Assembly (NCBI GenBank): GCA_964370935.1 | Contig: CAYJKI010000010.1 | Location: 4,420-68,419, forward strand | Length of the DNA stretch: 64,000 nucleotides | Direction: 5' to 3' | Source: an uncultured Ignavibacteria bacterium | Lineage (GTDB): Bacteria > Zixibacteria > MSB-5A5 > CAIYYT01 | Shown here: positions 1 through 10,044 of the stretch, in pieces | Numbering within the stretch: the first letter of the stretch is position 1 | How the letters are laid out: each line of letters opens with the position of its first letter | Translations under genes and position numbers: made by a program | Notes under the pieces: model-generated | Database searches by the model: none | What the model was told of the DNA's origin: nothing | What the model saw: only the letters and a program-made list of their open reading frames with translations

Positions 1-549
1 ACGTGCGTTCCCGTCCATGCTATTCTTTCGGCAACGGCGGCAAGCGAGCCGATATTCGATGCTGCGTTTATTGATCGTTTGCCACAGCGCTCAAAGCCGG
101 TAATGTGCATCGATCTGGCGATTCCGCGCGATTTCAGCAGTGTGTTTGATGATAATTCGAAAGTGAAACTGGTTGATATTCCGTACTTGCGTTCAAAATG
201 TAACGTCAATCTCCGCCAAAAGTTTGTTGAGACGAGCAAGGCGAATGAAATTGTGCGGGATGCTGTGAACCAGTATTTTTCCGACCGCATGGAAGTATCA
301 CTGAAGCCAATTTTTCACGATAGTTACCAGGAATCGATGCGGATGGCGAAGAGTGCACTTGACGACTTGTTCGCCAAGAAGGTAACGGGCCTCTCGGAGG
401 AAGAAAAGGAAGCGGTGTATCGGCTGGTAACCAAACTTGTCGCCAACTCGGCATTTCAACCTGTAAAGGTTCTTTCAAATAAACTCGTCGAAATGGGTTC
501 TGACCTCGAGATCGCAGAAATCAAGGATATTCGCAAAGAAGCAGTATGA
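1..549 (+). CDS. hemA: Glutamyl-tRNA reductase, C-terminal part (5' truncated by window edge)
   Basis: Frame open from base 1 (TCVPVHAILSATAASEPIF...), CIDLAIPRD motif; stop overlaps hemC start; heads the hem operon. Confidence 0.85.
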   Translation, partial: TCVPVHAILSATAASEPIFDAAFIDRLPQRSKPVMCIDLAIPRDFSSVFDDNSKVKLVDIPYLRSKCNVNLRQKFVETSKANEIVRDAVNQYFSDRMEVSLKPIFHDSYQESMRMAKSALDDLFAKKVTGLSEEEKEAVYRLVTKLVANSAFQPVKVLSNKLVEMGSDLEIAEIKDIRKEAV

Positions 550-1469
550 CCGCAACAAAGTTGATCATCGGATCGCGTGGCTCGGACCTCGCATTGTACC
601 AGGCAAACTTCATCCGTGATATCCTGATTCGGGAACACGGTTGTGAAGTCGAGATCAAGATCATCCAGACGGCCGGCGACAAGATTGACAATGTGTCGTT
701 CGACAAGATGGAGGGGAAGGGGTTCTTCACGAAGGAACTCGAGGAGGCATTGCTCAAGAACGAGATTGACCTGGCAGTGCACTCGCTAAAAGATCTGATG
801 ACGACGCAGCCGGCGGGGCTGAAATTGGGTGCTGCAGGGTACCGTGCTGATCGCAGTGAGATGTTGTTGGTTAGAAAAGACTCAACTTTCGGTAACGGTG
901 TCATCCCGGTTCGAGCAGGCGGAATCATCGGCACCAGTTCTGCGCGGCGCAAGGCGCAACTGCATTTCCACAATCCGACTCTGAAGATCAATGACCTTCG
1001 CGGGAATGTGCCGACGCGCATCCGCAAACTACGCGAGGGTCTTTACGATGCCATTTTGATTGCTTCGGCTGGTGTGAAGCGTTTGCAGCTTGATGTGAGC
1101 GACCTGACAGCGATTGAGCTTGATCCGCAAGTGTTCTTACCGGCGCCGGCGCAGGGGATTCTCGGAATTCAGATTAGAGACAACGACGTCCGAGTCGAGA
1201 CGGTAATCGCTAAGATGGGATCGCAGGAAGAGATGAAACAGGCTGAACTGGAGCGCGGGCTCTTGCGTAAGTTCGGTTCGGGATGCTCATTGCCACTCGG
1301 TGTATGGTCTGATAAGCAGGGAGAAGAGCATCGGCTCAAAGCGGTACTCGGCATACAGGATAAAGAAGGATGGATCGGCCTGAAGTCGGCTGATGTTCAG
1401 GGAACGAATATTGAGCGCATGGTCGACCAGGCCTACGCGACACTACATGGAGATGCAGTATGCGTATAG
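546..1469 (+). CDS. hemC: Hydroxymethylbilane synthase (porphobilinogen deaminase)
   Basis: IGSRGSDLALYQA, GKGFFTKELE, AVHSLKD, GTSSARR, LRGNVPTRIRKL, cofactor Cys in GSGCSLPLG. Confidence 0.97.
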   Translation: MTATKLIIGSRGSDLALYQANFIRDILIREHGCEVEIKIIQTAGDKIDNVSFDKMEGKGFFTKELEEALLKNEIDLAVHSLKDLMTTQPAGLKLGAAGYRADRSEMLLVRKDSTFGNGVIPVRAGGIIGTSSARRKAQLHFHNPTLKINDLRGNVPTRIRKLREGLYDAILIASAGVKRLQLDVSDLTAIELDPQVFLPAPAQGILGIQIRDNDVRVETVIAKMGSQEEMKQAELERGLLRKFGSGCSLPLGVWSDKQGEEHRLKAVLGIQDKEGWIGLKSADVQGTNIERMVDQAYATLHGDAVCV

Positions 1470-2158
1470 CAGTTACGCGGTCAAAAGAACAACTTTATGA
1501 GCTTGCCAGTCGAGCTTCGGTGCGAAACATCGAAATCGTTCCGTTGCCATTGATGGAAATCCAGAAGATTGCATTCGCGTGGCCGGATGACATTGACCTG
1601 GAAAAACTGGGTTGGGTGTTTTTCACAAGTGCTAATGGAGTTGAGGCATTTTTCCAGAGACTGGACAACGTCGGCTGCAAACTGCCCAAGCACACCAATA
1701 TCGCAGTGGTGGGAAGACAGACCGAAGCGGCGTTGCTAACGCGCGGATATGAAGCGGATTTTCAGCCGTCGGAAGCTTATGGGCGACTGTTGTTCAGTGA
1801 ATTTGTAGAGCGTCATCCGGAACGTAATCGGACTCTTGTTTATGCACGTGCCAAAGAAGTTGACTGGGATCCGGCGCCGCTCTTAGAAACGCGCAAACTT
1901 GACTACCGTGCAGTTGTCTGTTATGAATCAGTGGAGAGACCGGTAGATCAATATGCCGTGACGAGAATCAAGCGTGATGATTTGATATTGTTCACCGCAC
2001 CTTCGATGGTGCGTGCGTTTCACAAGCAGTTTGGCGATCCGGAAGCCCGTTTACTGGCGATCGGCCATACGACGGCTGCCGAAATGGACCGGCATCGCTG
2101 GGAGAATTACATTGTGCTTAAGCAGGCGGACGTGAATTCTGTATTGGAGTATGTATAA
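1460..2158 (+). CDS. hemD: Uroporphyrinogen-III synthase
   Basis: IAVTRS, FFTSANGV, AVVGRQT, FTAPS, AIGHTTA motifs; position after hemC. Confidence 0.9.
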   Translation: MRIAVTRSKEQLYELASRASVRNIEIVPLPLMEIQKIAFAWPDDIDLEKLGWVFFTSANGVEAFFQRLDNVGCKLPKHTNIAVVGRQTEAALLTRGYEADFQPSEAYGRLLFSEFVERHPERNRTLVYARAKEVDWDPAPLLETRKLDYRAVVCYESVERPVDQYAVTRIKRDDLILFTAPSMVRAFHKQFGDPEARLLAIGHTTAAEMDRHRWENYIVLKQADVNSVLEYV

Positions 2159-3136
2159 ATGGAACGGCTCAATCGGCCACGCAGGCTTCGCCGGAATCAG
2201 ATAATCCGCGACCTCACCGCACAAACACAACTCAACATCGGCGGCATGATTCAACCGTATTTTGTGACGGACGGCAGCGGAATCCATGATGAGATCAAAG
2301 GTCTTCCCGGAATCTATCGAGATTCGGTAGACTCGCTCGTGAAGACCATGGACGAGGACATCAAGCTTGGTATCAATAAGATCATACTGTTCGGCGTCAC
2401 AGACCGCAAGGATGTGTTGGCGACTTCCGGCTGGGACGACAAGAACCCCGTTATCAGAGCGACCAAGGAACTCAAGAACAACTTCGGAGAGGCATTGTTT
2501 GTCAGCGCCGACGTTTGCCTGTGCGCCTATACCGACACCGGCCACTGCGGCGTGACGCTCGAAGGCAAGATTGATAACGACAAGTCGGTCGCGGTGTTGA
2601 GCAAGATGGCAGTTAAATTGGCCGAGGCCGGATGCGACTGTGTGGGACCATCGGATATGATGGATGGCCGTATCGGTGCGATCCGCAAGGCGCTGGAATC
2701 AGAAAATTACTATGACACAATCATCCTCGCATATTCCGCTAAGTACGCCTCCGCATACTACGGCCCATTCCGGGAAGCCGCTAATTCGGCTCCCGGAAAG
2801 GGCGACCGCAAAGGTTACCAGATGGACTTCCGCAATCGCCGCGAGGCATTGCGCGAATTGCAGCTTGACGAAGACGAGGGTGCGGATATTGTGATGGTCA
2901 AACCGGCGCTGGCGTATTTGGACATCATTTCCGACTTTGCCGCGAACACCGAGTTACCGGTGGCGGCTTATAATGTGTCGGGTGAGTATACAGCGGTGAA
3001 GCTTCTGGCGCAGGCCGGACTTGCTGATGAAAAGACGATGGTATTGGAAAATCTCACGGCGATTACACGGGCCGGAGCCTCGATAATATTGACCTATCAT
3101 CTGAAGGATATTCTGAAAAATGGCTGGCATAACTAA
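2159..3136 (+). CDS. hemB: Porphobilinogen synthase (Zn-binding type)
   Basis: RPRRLR, DVCLCAYTDTGHCG, PSDMMDGR, MVKPALAYLD, AYNVSGEY. Confidence 0.98.
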   Translation: MERLNRPRRLRRNQIIRDLTAQTQLNIGGMIQPYFVTDGSGIHDEIKGLPGIYRDSVDSLVKTMDEDIKLGINKIILFGVTDRKDVLATSGWDDKNPVIRATKELKNNFGEALFVSADVCLCAYTDTGHCGVTLEGKIDNDKSVAVLSKMAVKLAEAGCDCVGPSDMMDGRIGAIRKALESENYYDTIILAYSAKYASAYYGPFREAANSAPGKGDRKGYQMDFRNRREALRELQLDEDEGADIVMVKPALAYLDIISDFAANTELPVAAYNVSGEYTAVKLLAQAGLADEKTMVLENLTAITRAGASIILTYHLKDILKNGWHN

Positions 3137-4436
3137 GGTTGGATTCGATAGCGCGAAATCGCGCAAGTTGATGGAATTGTCATCGGAGATCATTCCCGGC
3201 GGCGTGAACTCGCCGGTGCGAGCGTTTAAGTCGGTTGGCGGAACGCCGAAGTTCATTGCCAAGGGCAACGGCGCATATCTGTACGATGTCGACGGCAACA
3301 AGTATCTCGATTTCTGCAACTCATGGGGACCACTGATTCTCGGCCATGTCGACAAGGATGTCGTTGCCGCAGTCAAGGCGCAGATCGATAAGGGGATGAC
3401 ATTTGGAGCTTCGACGGAGCTCGAATACGATCTGGCGAAGTTCATAGTCCAGCATGTAGATGTCGTAGAAAAGATTCGCTTTGTCTCCTCCGGCACTGAA
3501 GCGGTCATGTCGGCAATACGCGTGGCGCGCGGATTTACCAAACGCGATTTGATTTTAAAATTCGACGGTTGTTATCACGGACACTGCGACCACTTGTTGG
3601 TCAAGGCGGGTTCAGGATTGGCGACATTTGGCCAGCCGTCTTCTGCAGGAGTACCAGATGCGATTACCAGTCAGACAGCGGTCCTGCCGCTTGATGATGA
3701 AGACGCGTTGCAGGAGTTCTTCGCCAAGCATGGTGATGAACTGGCTGCGGTCATAATTGAAGGAATTCCGGCCAACAATGGCCTGCTGATACAGCGGCAC
3801 GATTATCTGCGACTTCTGCGCGCACTAACCGAACGGCATGGGGCGTTATTGATACTCGATGAAGTAATCACCGGATTCCGCCTGGGCATGGGTGGAGCGG
3901 CAGCGTATTATGGAATTCGTCCCGACCTAGTAACTTACGGAAAGATCATCGGTGGCGGAATGCCGGTTGGAGCTTTTGGTGGACGCGCAGACATAATGAA
4001 TATGCTGTCGCCACTGGGTCCGGTGTATCAGGCAGGAACGCTTTCCGGCAATCCTGTGGCGATGACGGCGGGATTAGCGACTTTGAAGAAACTTGCCGAC
4101 GGAAAAATCTACAAAGATCTGGAAGAAAAGAATCGCCGATTTGTCACGCTGCTGATGGAGCAATTGCGTGATAACCTCGTGAATGTGGCAGGTGTTGGTT
4201 CGATTTATTGGATTGTCTTTCAAAATGATCTTCCGCGCGCGGCGCACACGATCAGCACCGACGGAATTTCGCACTATAATCGCATGCACTCGAAAATATT
4301 GGATCAGGGGATTTATCTTCCGCCGTCGGGATACGAAGTATGTTTCCTGTCAGCGGCGCATACGGATGAGCTTCTCGAGCAGGCGGCTTCGATACTTGCG
4401 ACCGCGATTAAGAAAGAAGCGCACGTATGGGCATAG
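3120..4436 (+). CDS. hemL: Glutamate-1-semialdehyde 2,1-aminomutase
   Basis: PGGVNSPVRAF, SSGTEAVMSAIR, DEVITGFR, GKIIGGGMPVGA, YQAGTLSGNP. Confidence 0.98.
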   Translation: MAGITKVGFDSAKSRKLMELSSEIIPGGVNSPVRAFKSVGGTPKFIAKGNGAYLYDVDGNKYLDFCNSWGPLILGHVDKDVVAAVKAQIDKGMTFGASTELEYDLAKFIVQHVDVVEKIRFVSSGTEAVMSAIRVARGFTKRDLILKFDGCYHGHCDHLLVKAGSGLATFGQPSSAGVPDAITSQTAVLPLDDEDALQEFFAKHGDELAAVIIEGIPANNGLLIQRHDYLRLLRALTERHGALLILDEVITGFRLGMGGAAAYYGIRPDLVTYGKIIGGGMPVGAFGGRADIMNMLSPLGPVYQAGTLSGNPVAMTAGLATLKKLADGKIYKDLEEKNRRFVTLLMEQLRDNLVNVAGVGSIYWIVFQNDLPRAAHTISTDGISHYNRMHSKILDQGIYLPPSGYEVCFLSAAHTDELLEQAASILATAIKKEAHVWA

Positions 4437-5452
4437 CTAACAGCCCGTTTATTAAAGCATGCTATGGCAAGAATGACGGCCCGATTCCGGTCTGGATCAT
4501 GCGACAAGCGGGGAGGTATCTTCCGGACTATCAGGCCGTGCGATCCAATGTGTCATTTCAGGACTTGTGCCGATCGCCGAAATTGATTGCGGAGGTTGTC
4601 CGTCAACCGGTGGAGCGATTTAATCTTGATGCTGCAATCCTGTTCTCCGATATCCTGACAATTCTCGAACCGATGGGAGTGGCGGTCAGTTTTCCGGATG
4701 GCGGACCGATTATTGGATCGCCGATCTGCAAACCGGCGGATGTGGCGACAATCAAGCACTGCAATATTGAGCGCGACTTGCATTTTGTTTTAGAAGGACT
4801 CGTTGAGATCAAGAAGATACTTCCCAACACGCCGCTCATTGGTTTTGCCGGATCACCATTTACGCTGTTCTGTTACCTTGCAGAAGGCAAGGGCTCGAAG
4901 ACATTTGATAAGGCCAAGAAGTTTATCAATCGATATCCCGACGCCGCACGTCAACTAATTGACTTGCTGGCAGATTCTGTCGGGGATTACCTGTGCGCAC
5001 AAGTTGATGCTGGAGCCGATGCCGTGCAGATATTCGATAGCTGGGGCGGGATTCTGGCGCACGATGATTATCGCGAGTGGTCGGCCAGACCGGTCGCGGC
5101 AATCCTGGCAAAATTGAAGGCAAAGAATGTGCCGCGGATTGTATTCGTCAATAACGTCGCGCCATATCTGAATACCGTGGCGGCATTTGATTGCGAGGTA
5201 ATCGGGGTAGACTATCGCATCGACCTGGCGGCTGCTGCTGCCAACTTTGATGGTAAGTCTGTGCAGGGGAATCTCGACCCAACTGTATTGTTCAATACTC
5301 CGGCAAAGATCGCAGAGAAGACAAACGCGATTCTTGCGAGTTTGCCGAAGTACAGCAATTTGATATTCAACCTTGGTCATGGCATTCTGCCGGAGACGCC
5401 GCTGGTTTCAGTGGAGACGATGATCGCAACCGTAAAGAAATTCCGTACGTAA
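4427..5452 (+). CDS. hemE: Uroporphyrinogen decarboxylase
   Basis: PVWIMRQAGRYLPDY, DAAILFSDIL, GFAGSPFTL, QIFDSW, IFNLGHGILP. Confidence 0.98.
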   Translation: MGIANSPFIKACYGKNDGPIPVWIMRQAGRYLPDYQAVRSNVSFQDLCRSPKLIAEVVRQPVERFNLDAAILFSDILTILEPMGVAVSFPDGGPIIGSPICKPADVATIKHCNIERDLHFVLEGLVEIKKILPNTPLIGFAGSPFTLFCYLAEGKGSKTFDKAKKFINRYPDAARQLIDLLADSVGDYLCAQVDAGADAVQIFDSWGGILAHDDYREWSARPVAAILAKLKAKNVPRIVFVNNVAPYLNTVAAFDCEVIGVDYRIDLAAAAANFDGKSVQGNLDPTVLFNTPAKIAEKTNAILASLPKYSNLIFNLGHGILPETPLVSVETMIATVKKFRT

Positions 5453-5454
5453 AG

Positions 5455-6852
5455 ATGTCTGCAGAAGCTTCATATACACAAGTGCCGATCGAGCTGCTAC
5501 GCAAGTACGATCGACCCGGACCGCGCTACACGAGCTATCCAACGGTGCCGGTTTGGAGCAACGAAATCGGACCAGAGCAATATGTCGCGGCATTACAGGC
5601 GACGAGCGTCAAGCGGGACTTGCCGTTGGCGCTGTATTGTCACATTCCGTTTTGCCGCAAACGGTGTTATTACTGCGGGTGCAATACCGTCATTACGAAC
5701 AATCCTGATCGAGTAAACAAGTATGTTGCGGATCTCGCCCTGGAGATAATCAACACGTCCGAGCATCTGGGCGAGCGCCGTAACGTTAGTCAACTCCATC
5801 TCGGCGGCGGAACTCCGACCTTTGTCGATTGTCGCGGTCTCGAGATTGTGCTGAAGGTAATTGATGACCGTTTCAAGTTCATCGCGGGTGCGGAGAAATC
5901 GATCGAAGTCGATCCGCGCGTAACGACGGACGAGCAGTTGGAGTTTTTGGCATCGGTGGGATTCAATCGCATTTCGATTGGCACGCAGGACTTTGATCCG
6001 GCTGTGCAGGAGGCGATCGGCAGAATTCAATCGTATGAGCGGGTGCAGCACATTATTGAAAAGGTGCGCACGATGCACTTCCGCGGAATCAATATTGATT
6101 TGATTTATGGTCTCCCGCGTCAGTCAGTCGAGAGCTTTAAAGCGACACTGGCGAAATCGATTTCCTTGCGACCCGATCGCGTGGCACTTTACTCATTTGC
6201 CTATCTTCCGCAGAATATGGCTAACCAGATGGCGATCAAATCGGAGGAGCTGCCAATGACAGAAGTCAAGTATCAGCTCTTTGCAACCGCGGTGGAAGAA
6301 TTTACTAAGGCAGGATATCGGCAGATCGGGATGGACCACTTCGCGCTGCCCGACGACGAGCTCGCTCTGGCGCAACAGGACGGGCGGCTACATCGCAATT
6401 TCATGGGTTACACGGTGCAGACAGCACCGGAGATGATTGGATTCGGCATGTCGGCAATTGGCTACGTCAATGATACGTTCTTCCAGAATTATTCCAAGCT
6501 CGACAGCTACGAAAATGCGATTCGCGAGAAGCGCTTCGCAATTTACCGAGGCATGAACCTGACCAAGGATGACCTGATCCGTCAGTATGTGATCAGTCAG
6601 TTGATGTGCAATTTCCGTCTGCATTATCAGGCTATCGAGCAGATGTTTGCAGTAAAGTATGATGAGTACTTCCGAAACGAACACCAGAGTCTCAATATCT
6701 TTCTTAATGATCATCTGATGACCGCCGACGAGAGCGGACTGCAGATTACACCGATAGGCCGCACTTTTGTCCGCAATATAGCCATGACGTTCGACGCGTA
6801 TCTCGACGGCAATGGCGAATCCAAAGGTGTCCGCTTCTCCCGTACGATATAG
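5455..6852 (+). CDS. hemN: Oxygen-independent coproporphyrinogen III oxidase (radical SAM)
   Basis: GPRYTSYPT, HIPFCRKRCYYCGC (CxxxCxxC), GGGTPT, IGMDHFA, LHRNFMGYT. Confidence 0.97.
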   Translation: MSAEASYTQVPIELLRKYDRPGPRYTSYPTVPVWSNEIGPEQYVAALQATSVKRDLPLALYCHIPFCRKRCYYCGCNTVITNNPDRVNKYVADLALEIINTSEHLGERRNVSQLHLGGGTPTFVDCRGLEIVLKVIDDRFKFIAGAEKSIEVDPRVTTDEQLEFLASVGFNRISIGTQDFDPAVQEAIGRIQSYERVQHIIEKVRTMHFRGINIDLIYGLPRQSVESFKATLAKSISLRPDRVALYSFAYLPQNMANQMAIKSEELPMTEVKYQLFATAVEEFTKAGYRQIGMDHFALPDDELALAQQDGRLHRNFMGYTVQTAPEMIGFGMSAIGYVNDTFFQNYSKLDSYENAIREKRFAIYRGMNLTKDDLIRQYVISQLMCNFRLHYQAIEQMFAVKYDEYFRNEHQSLNIFLNDHLMTADESGLQITPIGRTFVRNIAMTFDAYLDGNGESKGVRFSRTI

Positions 6853-6860
6853 GCGAAGTC

Positions 6861-7814
6861 ATGAGAAACAAGATCGCCGTCATCCTGCTCGCGATGGGCG
6901 GTCCCGATTCAACCGCCGATATTCCCGAATTTCTCTACAACATCTTCTCTGATCGCGCGATCATTCGGCTGCCGGGCGGAGCCGTTTTGCAGAAACCATT
7001 TGCCCGGCTGATCTCGCGGCTGCGCTCAAAGAACGTTGCCGCACATTATAGCCACATAGGCGGTGGATCACCGCTGCTCAAGTGGACACAGTCGCAGGCG
7101 CGACTGATTGGCGAAAATCTGCAGAAAGAGTTCGACGAGGTAACGTGCTATATCGGAATGCGTTATTTTCGACCGAGTATTGAATCGGCGATCAAGGCTG
7201 CGGTCGATGATGGTTACGAGCAACTTTGTGTCTTGCCGCTCTATCCGCAGTTCGCGACGGCGACGACGGGGTCATCGTTTGCCGTGGCACGCGAAGCATT
7301 GAAGGCATACCCACAAATTGAAGCGACCTTTATCCGAGACTTCCACGATTATCCGGAATACACACGCCTGCTGGGGGCATACATCGAGCGCAATATACAA
7401 CCCGGCGAAACGCTATTGTTTTCGGCACATTCGCTGCCGCAGAGATTTGTCGATGAAGGCGATCCGTATGTTGAGCAGGTCAAGAAGACTGCAGCGATGT
7501 CGGCTGGGAAGCGGGATTATCATCTCGCGTTTCAGAGCCGTACCGGGCCGGTGAAGTGGGTCGGGCCGGATACGGTAGTCGAAGTCAAGCGGCTGTTGGA
7601 GGACCCCATGTGCAGACTCTTCATAGTTCCAATCAGTTTTGTTTGCGATCATATCGAGACGCTCTATGAACTGGATATTCAATTGAAGGAATTGGTCGGC
7701 GCAGAAAAGGGAGCGCGGATTCGAAGGATGCCGATGTTCAACGACGATCTGAGTTTTGGCCGACTGCTGGCAGAACTCGTGTGTACGAAAGTGGGCGAGT
7801 ATGCCGGAAAATGA
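6861..7814 (+). CDS. hemH: Ferrochelatase
   Basis: LLAMGGP, IGGGSPL, LYPQF, FSAHSLP, FQSRTGPVKW, FVCDHIETLYELD. Confidence 0.96.
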   Translation: MRNKIAVILLAMGGPDSTADIPEFLYNIFSDRAIIRLPGGAVLQKPFARLISRLRSKNVAAHYSHIGGGSPLLKWTQSQARLIGENLQKEFDEVTCYIGMRYFRPSIESAIKAAVDDGYEQLCVLPLYPQFATATTGSSFAVAREALKAYPQIEATFIRDFHDYPEYTRLLGAYIERNIQPGETLLFSAHSLPQRFVDEGDPYVEQVKKTAAMSAGKRDYHLAFQSRTGPVKWVGPDTVVEVKRLLEDPMCRLFIVPISFVCDHIETLYELDIQLKELVGAEKGARIRRMPMFNDDLSFGRLLAELVCTKVGEYAGK

Positions 7815-9174
7815 TGTCATAATCATCGGCGGCGGAATATCCGGATTGGCGGCATTGCATTATCTTCGCCAGGACAAGCCAAATCTTAAAGTAAAATTGT
7901 TCGAAGCGGAACCGCGATTAGGCGGAACCATTGGGACCGACCGGATTGACGGTTACAGCTTTGACTCGGGGCCAAATGGGTTTCTTGATCGCGAGCCGTT
8001 AACGCTTCAGCTTTGCGATGAATTGGGGCTCAAGGAACAACTTGAACGCGCCAACGAGAGCGTCAACAACCGTTACATTCTCAAGGGGGGACGACTGCGC
8101 TCGGTGCCGATGTCGCCGCCGAAGTTTCTGATGGCGGATATCATTAGCTGGCCTGGGAAGATGCGAATTGCTCTGGAGCCCTTTTCCAAGAAACGTCCGG
8201 ATGGAATTGATGAATCGATTTACGACTTTGCCTGTCGGCGAATTGGCCGTGAAGCTGCAGATTATCTGGTACAGCCGATGGTCTCCGGTGTCTACGGCGG
8301 TGTCGCGCAGAAGATGTCACTGCAGTCGTGCTTTCCCATCATGCGTGAGATGGAGGACGAGCACGGCTCGCTATTCAAGGCAATGATCGCCAAAGCCAAA
8401 GCGGCAAAGGCAAAGGGCAAGAAGAGCGGTGGACCATCAGGTCCGGGCGGATGGTTAACATCATTCAAGGGCGGGCTGGACAGAATTGTCGTGCGGTTTC
8501 AGGAAACGTATGCACCGTTCATTTCAACAGGAAAGAGCGCGGAGTCGATCATGCGATCAGATGGCGGGTTCGTCGTTAAGTTTAAGGACGGTTTCAGTGA
8601 GACGACACGAAATGTCATCATGGCGACGCCTTCATACGAAACTGCGAAGATGACGGCGAAATTGTCGCCAGAGTTATCGCAGGCACTGGGATCGATTCCG
8701 TATGCGCCAATTGCGGTCGTGTGTGCAGGGTATCACGCCAAACAAGTCAAAGATCCGGTGAATGGATTTGGATTTCTAGTGCCGAAGAAGGAGAATCGGA
8801 AGATTCTCGGATCAATCTGGACCTCGTCGATATTTGCGGATCGCACCCCGCAGGGTATGGTTCAGTTTCGAACAATGGTTGGCGGCGACGGATTTCATGA
8901 GTCAGTTGACTTGACCGACGAGGAGCTGTTGACAGCAGTCAAGCAGGATTTAGGCGAGATTATGCACATCACGGGTGAGCCGGAAATGGTCAAGATGTAT
9001 CGCTGGAAATATGGCATCCCGCAGTATCGGGTCGGACATCGGAAGTTGCTTGATACCATCGAGCGGGAACTAACTTCGATTGGCGGGACTCACATTGCCG
9101 GAAACGCTTATTATGGCATCGGTCTCAATGATTGTGTGAAGCAGTCGCACAAAGTGGCGGGGCTGATTTCATAG
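7801..9174 (+). CDS. hemY: Protoporphyrinogen/coproporphyrinogen oxidase, HemY family (start placed at ATG 7801)
   Basis: IIGGGISGLAA FAD motif, GPNGFL, GFGFLVP, LGSIWTS, IPQY, GIGLNDCV. Confidence 0.93.
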   Translation: MPENDVIIIGGGISGLAALHYLRQDKPNLKVKLFEAEPRLGGTIGTDRIDGYSFDSGPNGFLDREPLTLQLCDELGLKEQLERANESVNNRYILKGGRLRSVPMSPPKFLMADIISWPGKMRIALEPFSKKRPDGIDESIYDFACRRIGREAADYLVQPMVSGVYGGVAQKMSLQSCFPIMREMEDEHGSLFKAMIAKAKAAKAKGKKSGGPSGPGGWLTSFKGGLDRIVVRFQETYAPFISTGKSAESIMRSDGGFVVKFKDGFSETTRNVIMATPSYETAKMTAKLSPELSQALGSIPYAPIAVVCAGYHAKQVKDPVNGFGFLVPKKENRKILGSIWTSSIFADRTPQGMVQFRTMVGGDGFHESVDLTDEELLTAVKQDLGEIMHITGEPEMVKMYRWKYGIPQYRVGHRKLLDTIERELTSIGGTHIAGNAYYGIGLNDCVKQSHKVAGLIS

Positions 9175-9197
9175 CTTCTGTATAGAGTCGAAACTAC

Positions 9198-9980
9198 TTA
9201 CTCCAATCCGAACTTACGCTCCTCAAGGAAATTCTTCATATGTATTCGCAAAGTCGCGGGATTGTTGGTTGCTGCCCGGCGGGCGGAGTGTTCGGTCCAG
9301 GAGTAGTCGGCTGGGACGTCGCGGCCATCGGGAGTCGTGAGCTTGCGGTGAGCACCTTCGTAGAGCCCGGTCGCGCGAACGGTATTATCGTATTCCTGCA
9401 AGAGTCGAGCCAATGTCGCATCGTTGTATTCCTCCAAATGCACCACCGCCTGTTGAGGTAGACGGGGTTTGATCATCGGCTGCTGATCTGGATAGCCGAG
9501 GCAGATTCCCATTAAGGGGAAGACTCTTTGAGGCAGCTTAAGCAACTCGCAGACCTTGTCGGGATTGTTACGAATGCCGCCGATCATACAGATTCCCAGA
9601 CCCGCCGCTTCTGCCGCGACGGCGATGTTCTGGGCGACAAGTGCGGTATCGACGATTGACACGATGGAGATTTCGATATGGCGATCCTTGAATTGGTAGC
9701 AGCGTAACTTGCAGATTTCGTTTAGACGACGAAGATCCGGACACATCACGAGGAAAACCGGGCATTGTTCGATTTGAGCCTGATTGCCGCAATATTGTGC
9801 AAGCAGTTGTTTTTTTGCTGCGTCGCGGACGACGATAATCGAATACGGCTGAAGGTTTGACGAAGTTGGAGCTTGGCGAGCACACCCGAGAATTTTAACA
9901 AGCAACTCTTCTTCGACCGGGCGATTGGTGTAGCGACGGATTGACTTGTGTGATTGCAGCAACTCGAATATTTCCTGCAT
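9198..9980 (-). CDS. NADPH-dependent nitroreductase/flavin oxidoreductase, NfsA/NfrA1 family
   Basis: SHKSIRRY, APTSSNLQPYSII, GLGICMIGGIRN, KPRLP. Confidence 0.9.
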   Translation of the reverse strand: MQEIFELLQSHKSIRRYTNRPVEEELLVKILGCARQAPTSSNLQPYSIIVVRDAAKKQLLAQYCGNQAQIEQCPVFLVMCPDLRRLNEICKLRCYQFKDRHIEISIVSIVDTALVAQNIAVAAEAAGLGICMIGGIRNNPDKVCELLKLPQRVFPLMGICLGYPDQQPMIKPRLPQQAVVHLEEYNDATLARLLQEYDNTVRATGLYEGAHRKLTTPDGRDVPADYSWTEHSARRAATNNPATLRIHMKNFLEERKFGLE

Positions 9981-10044
9981 TGGATTCCTATGATCGAGTT
10001 AAAAGGTGTTCCCAAATCTCACTTACTGTGGCGGCAGAAAGCGG

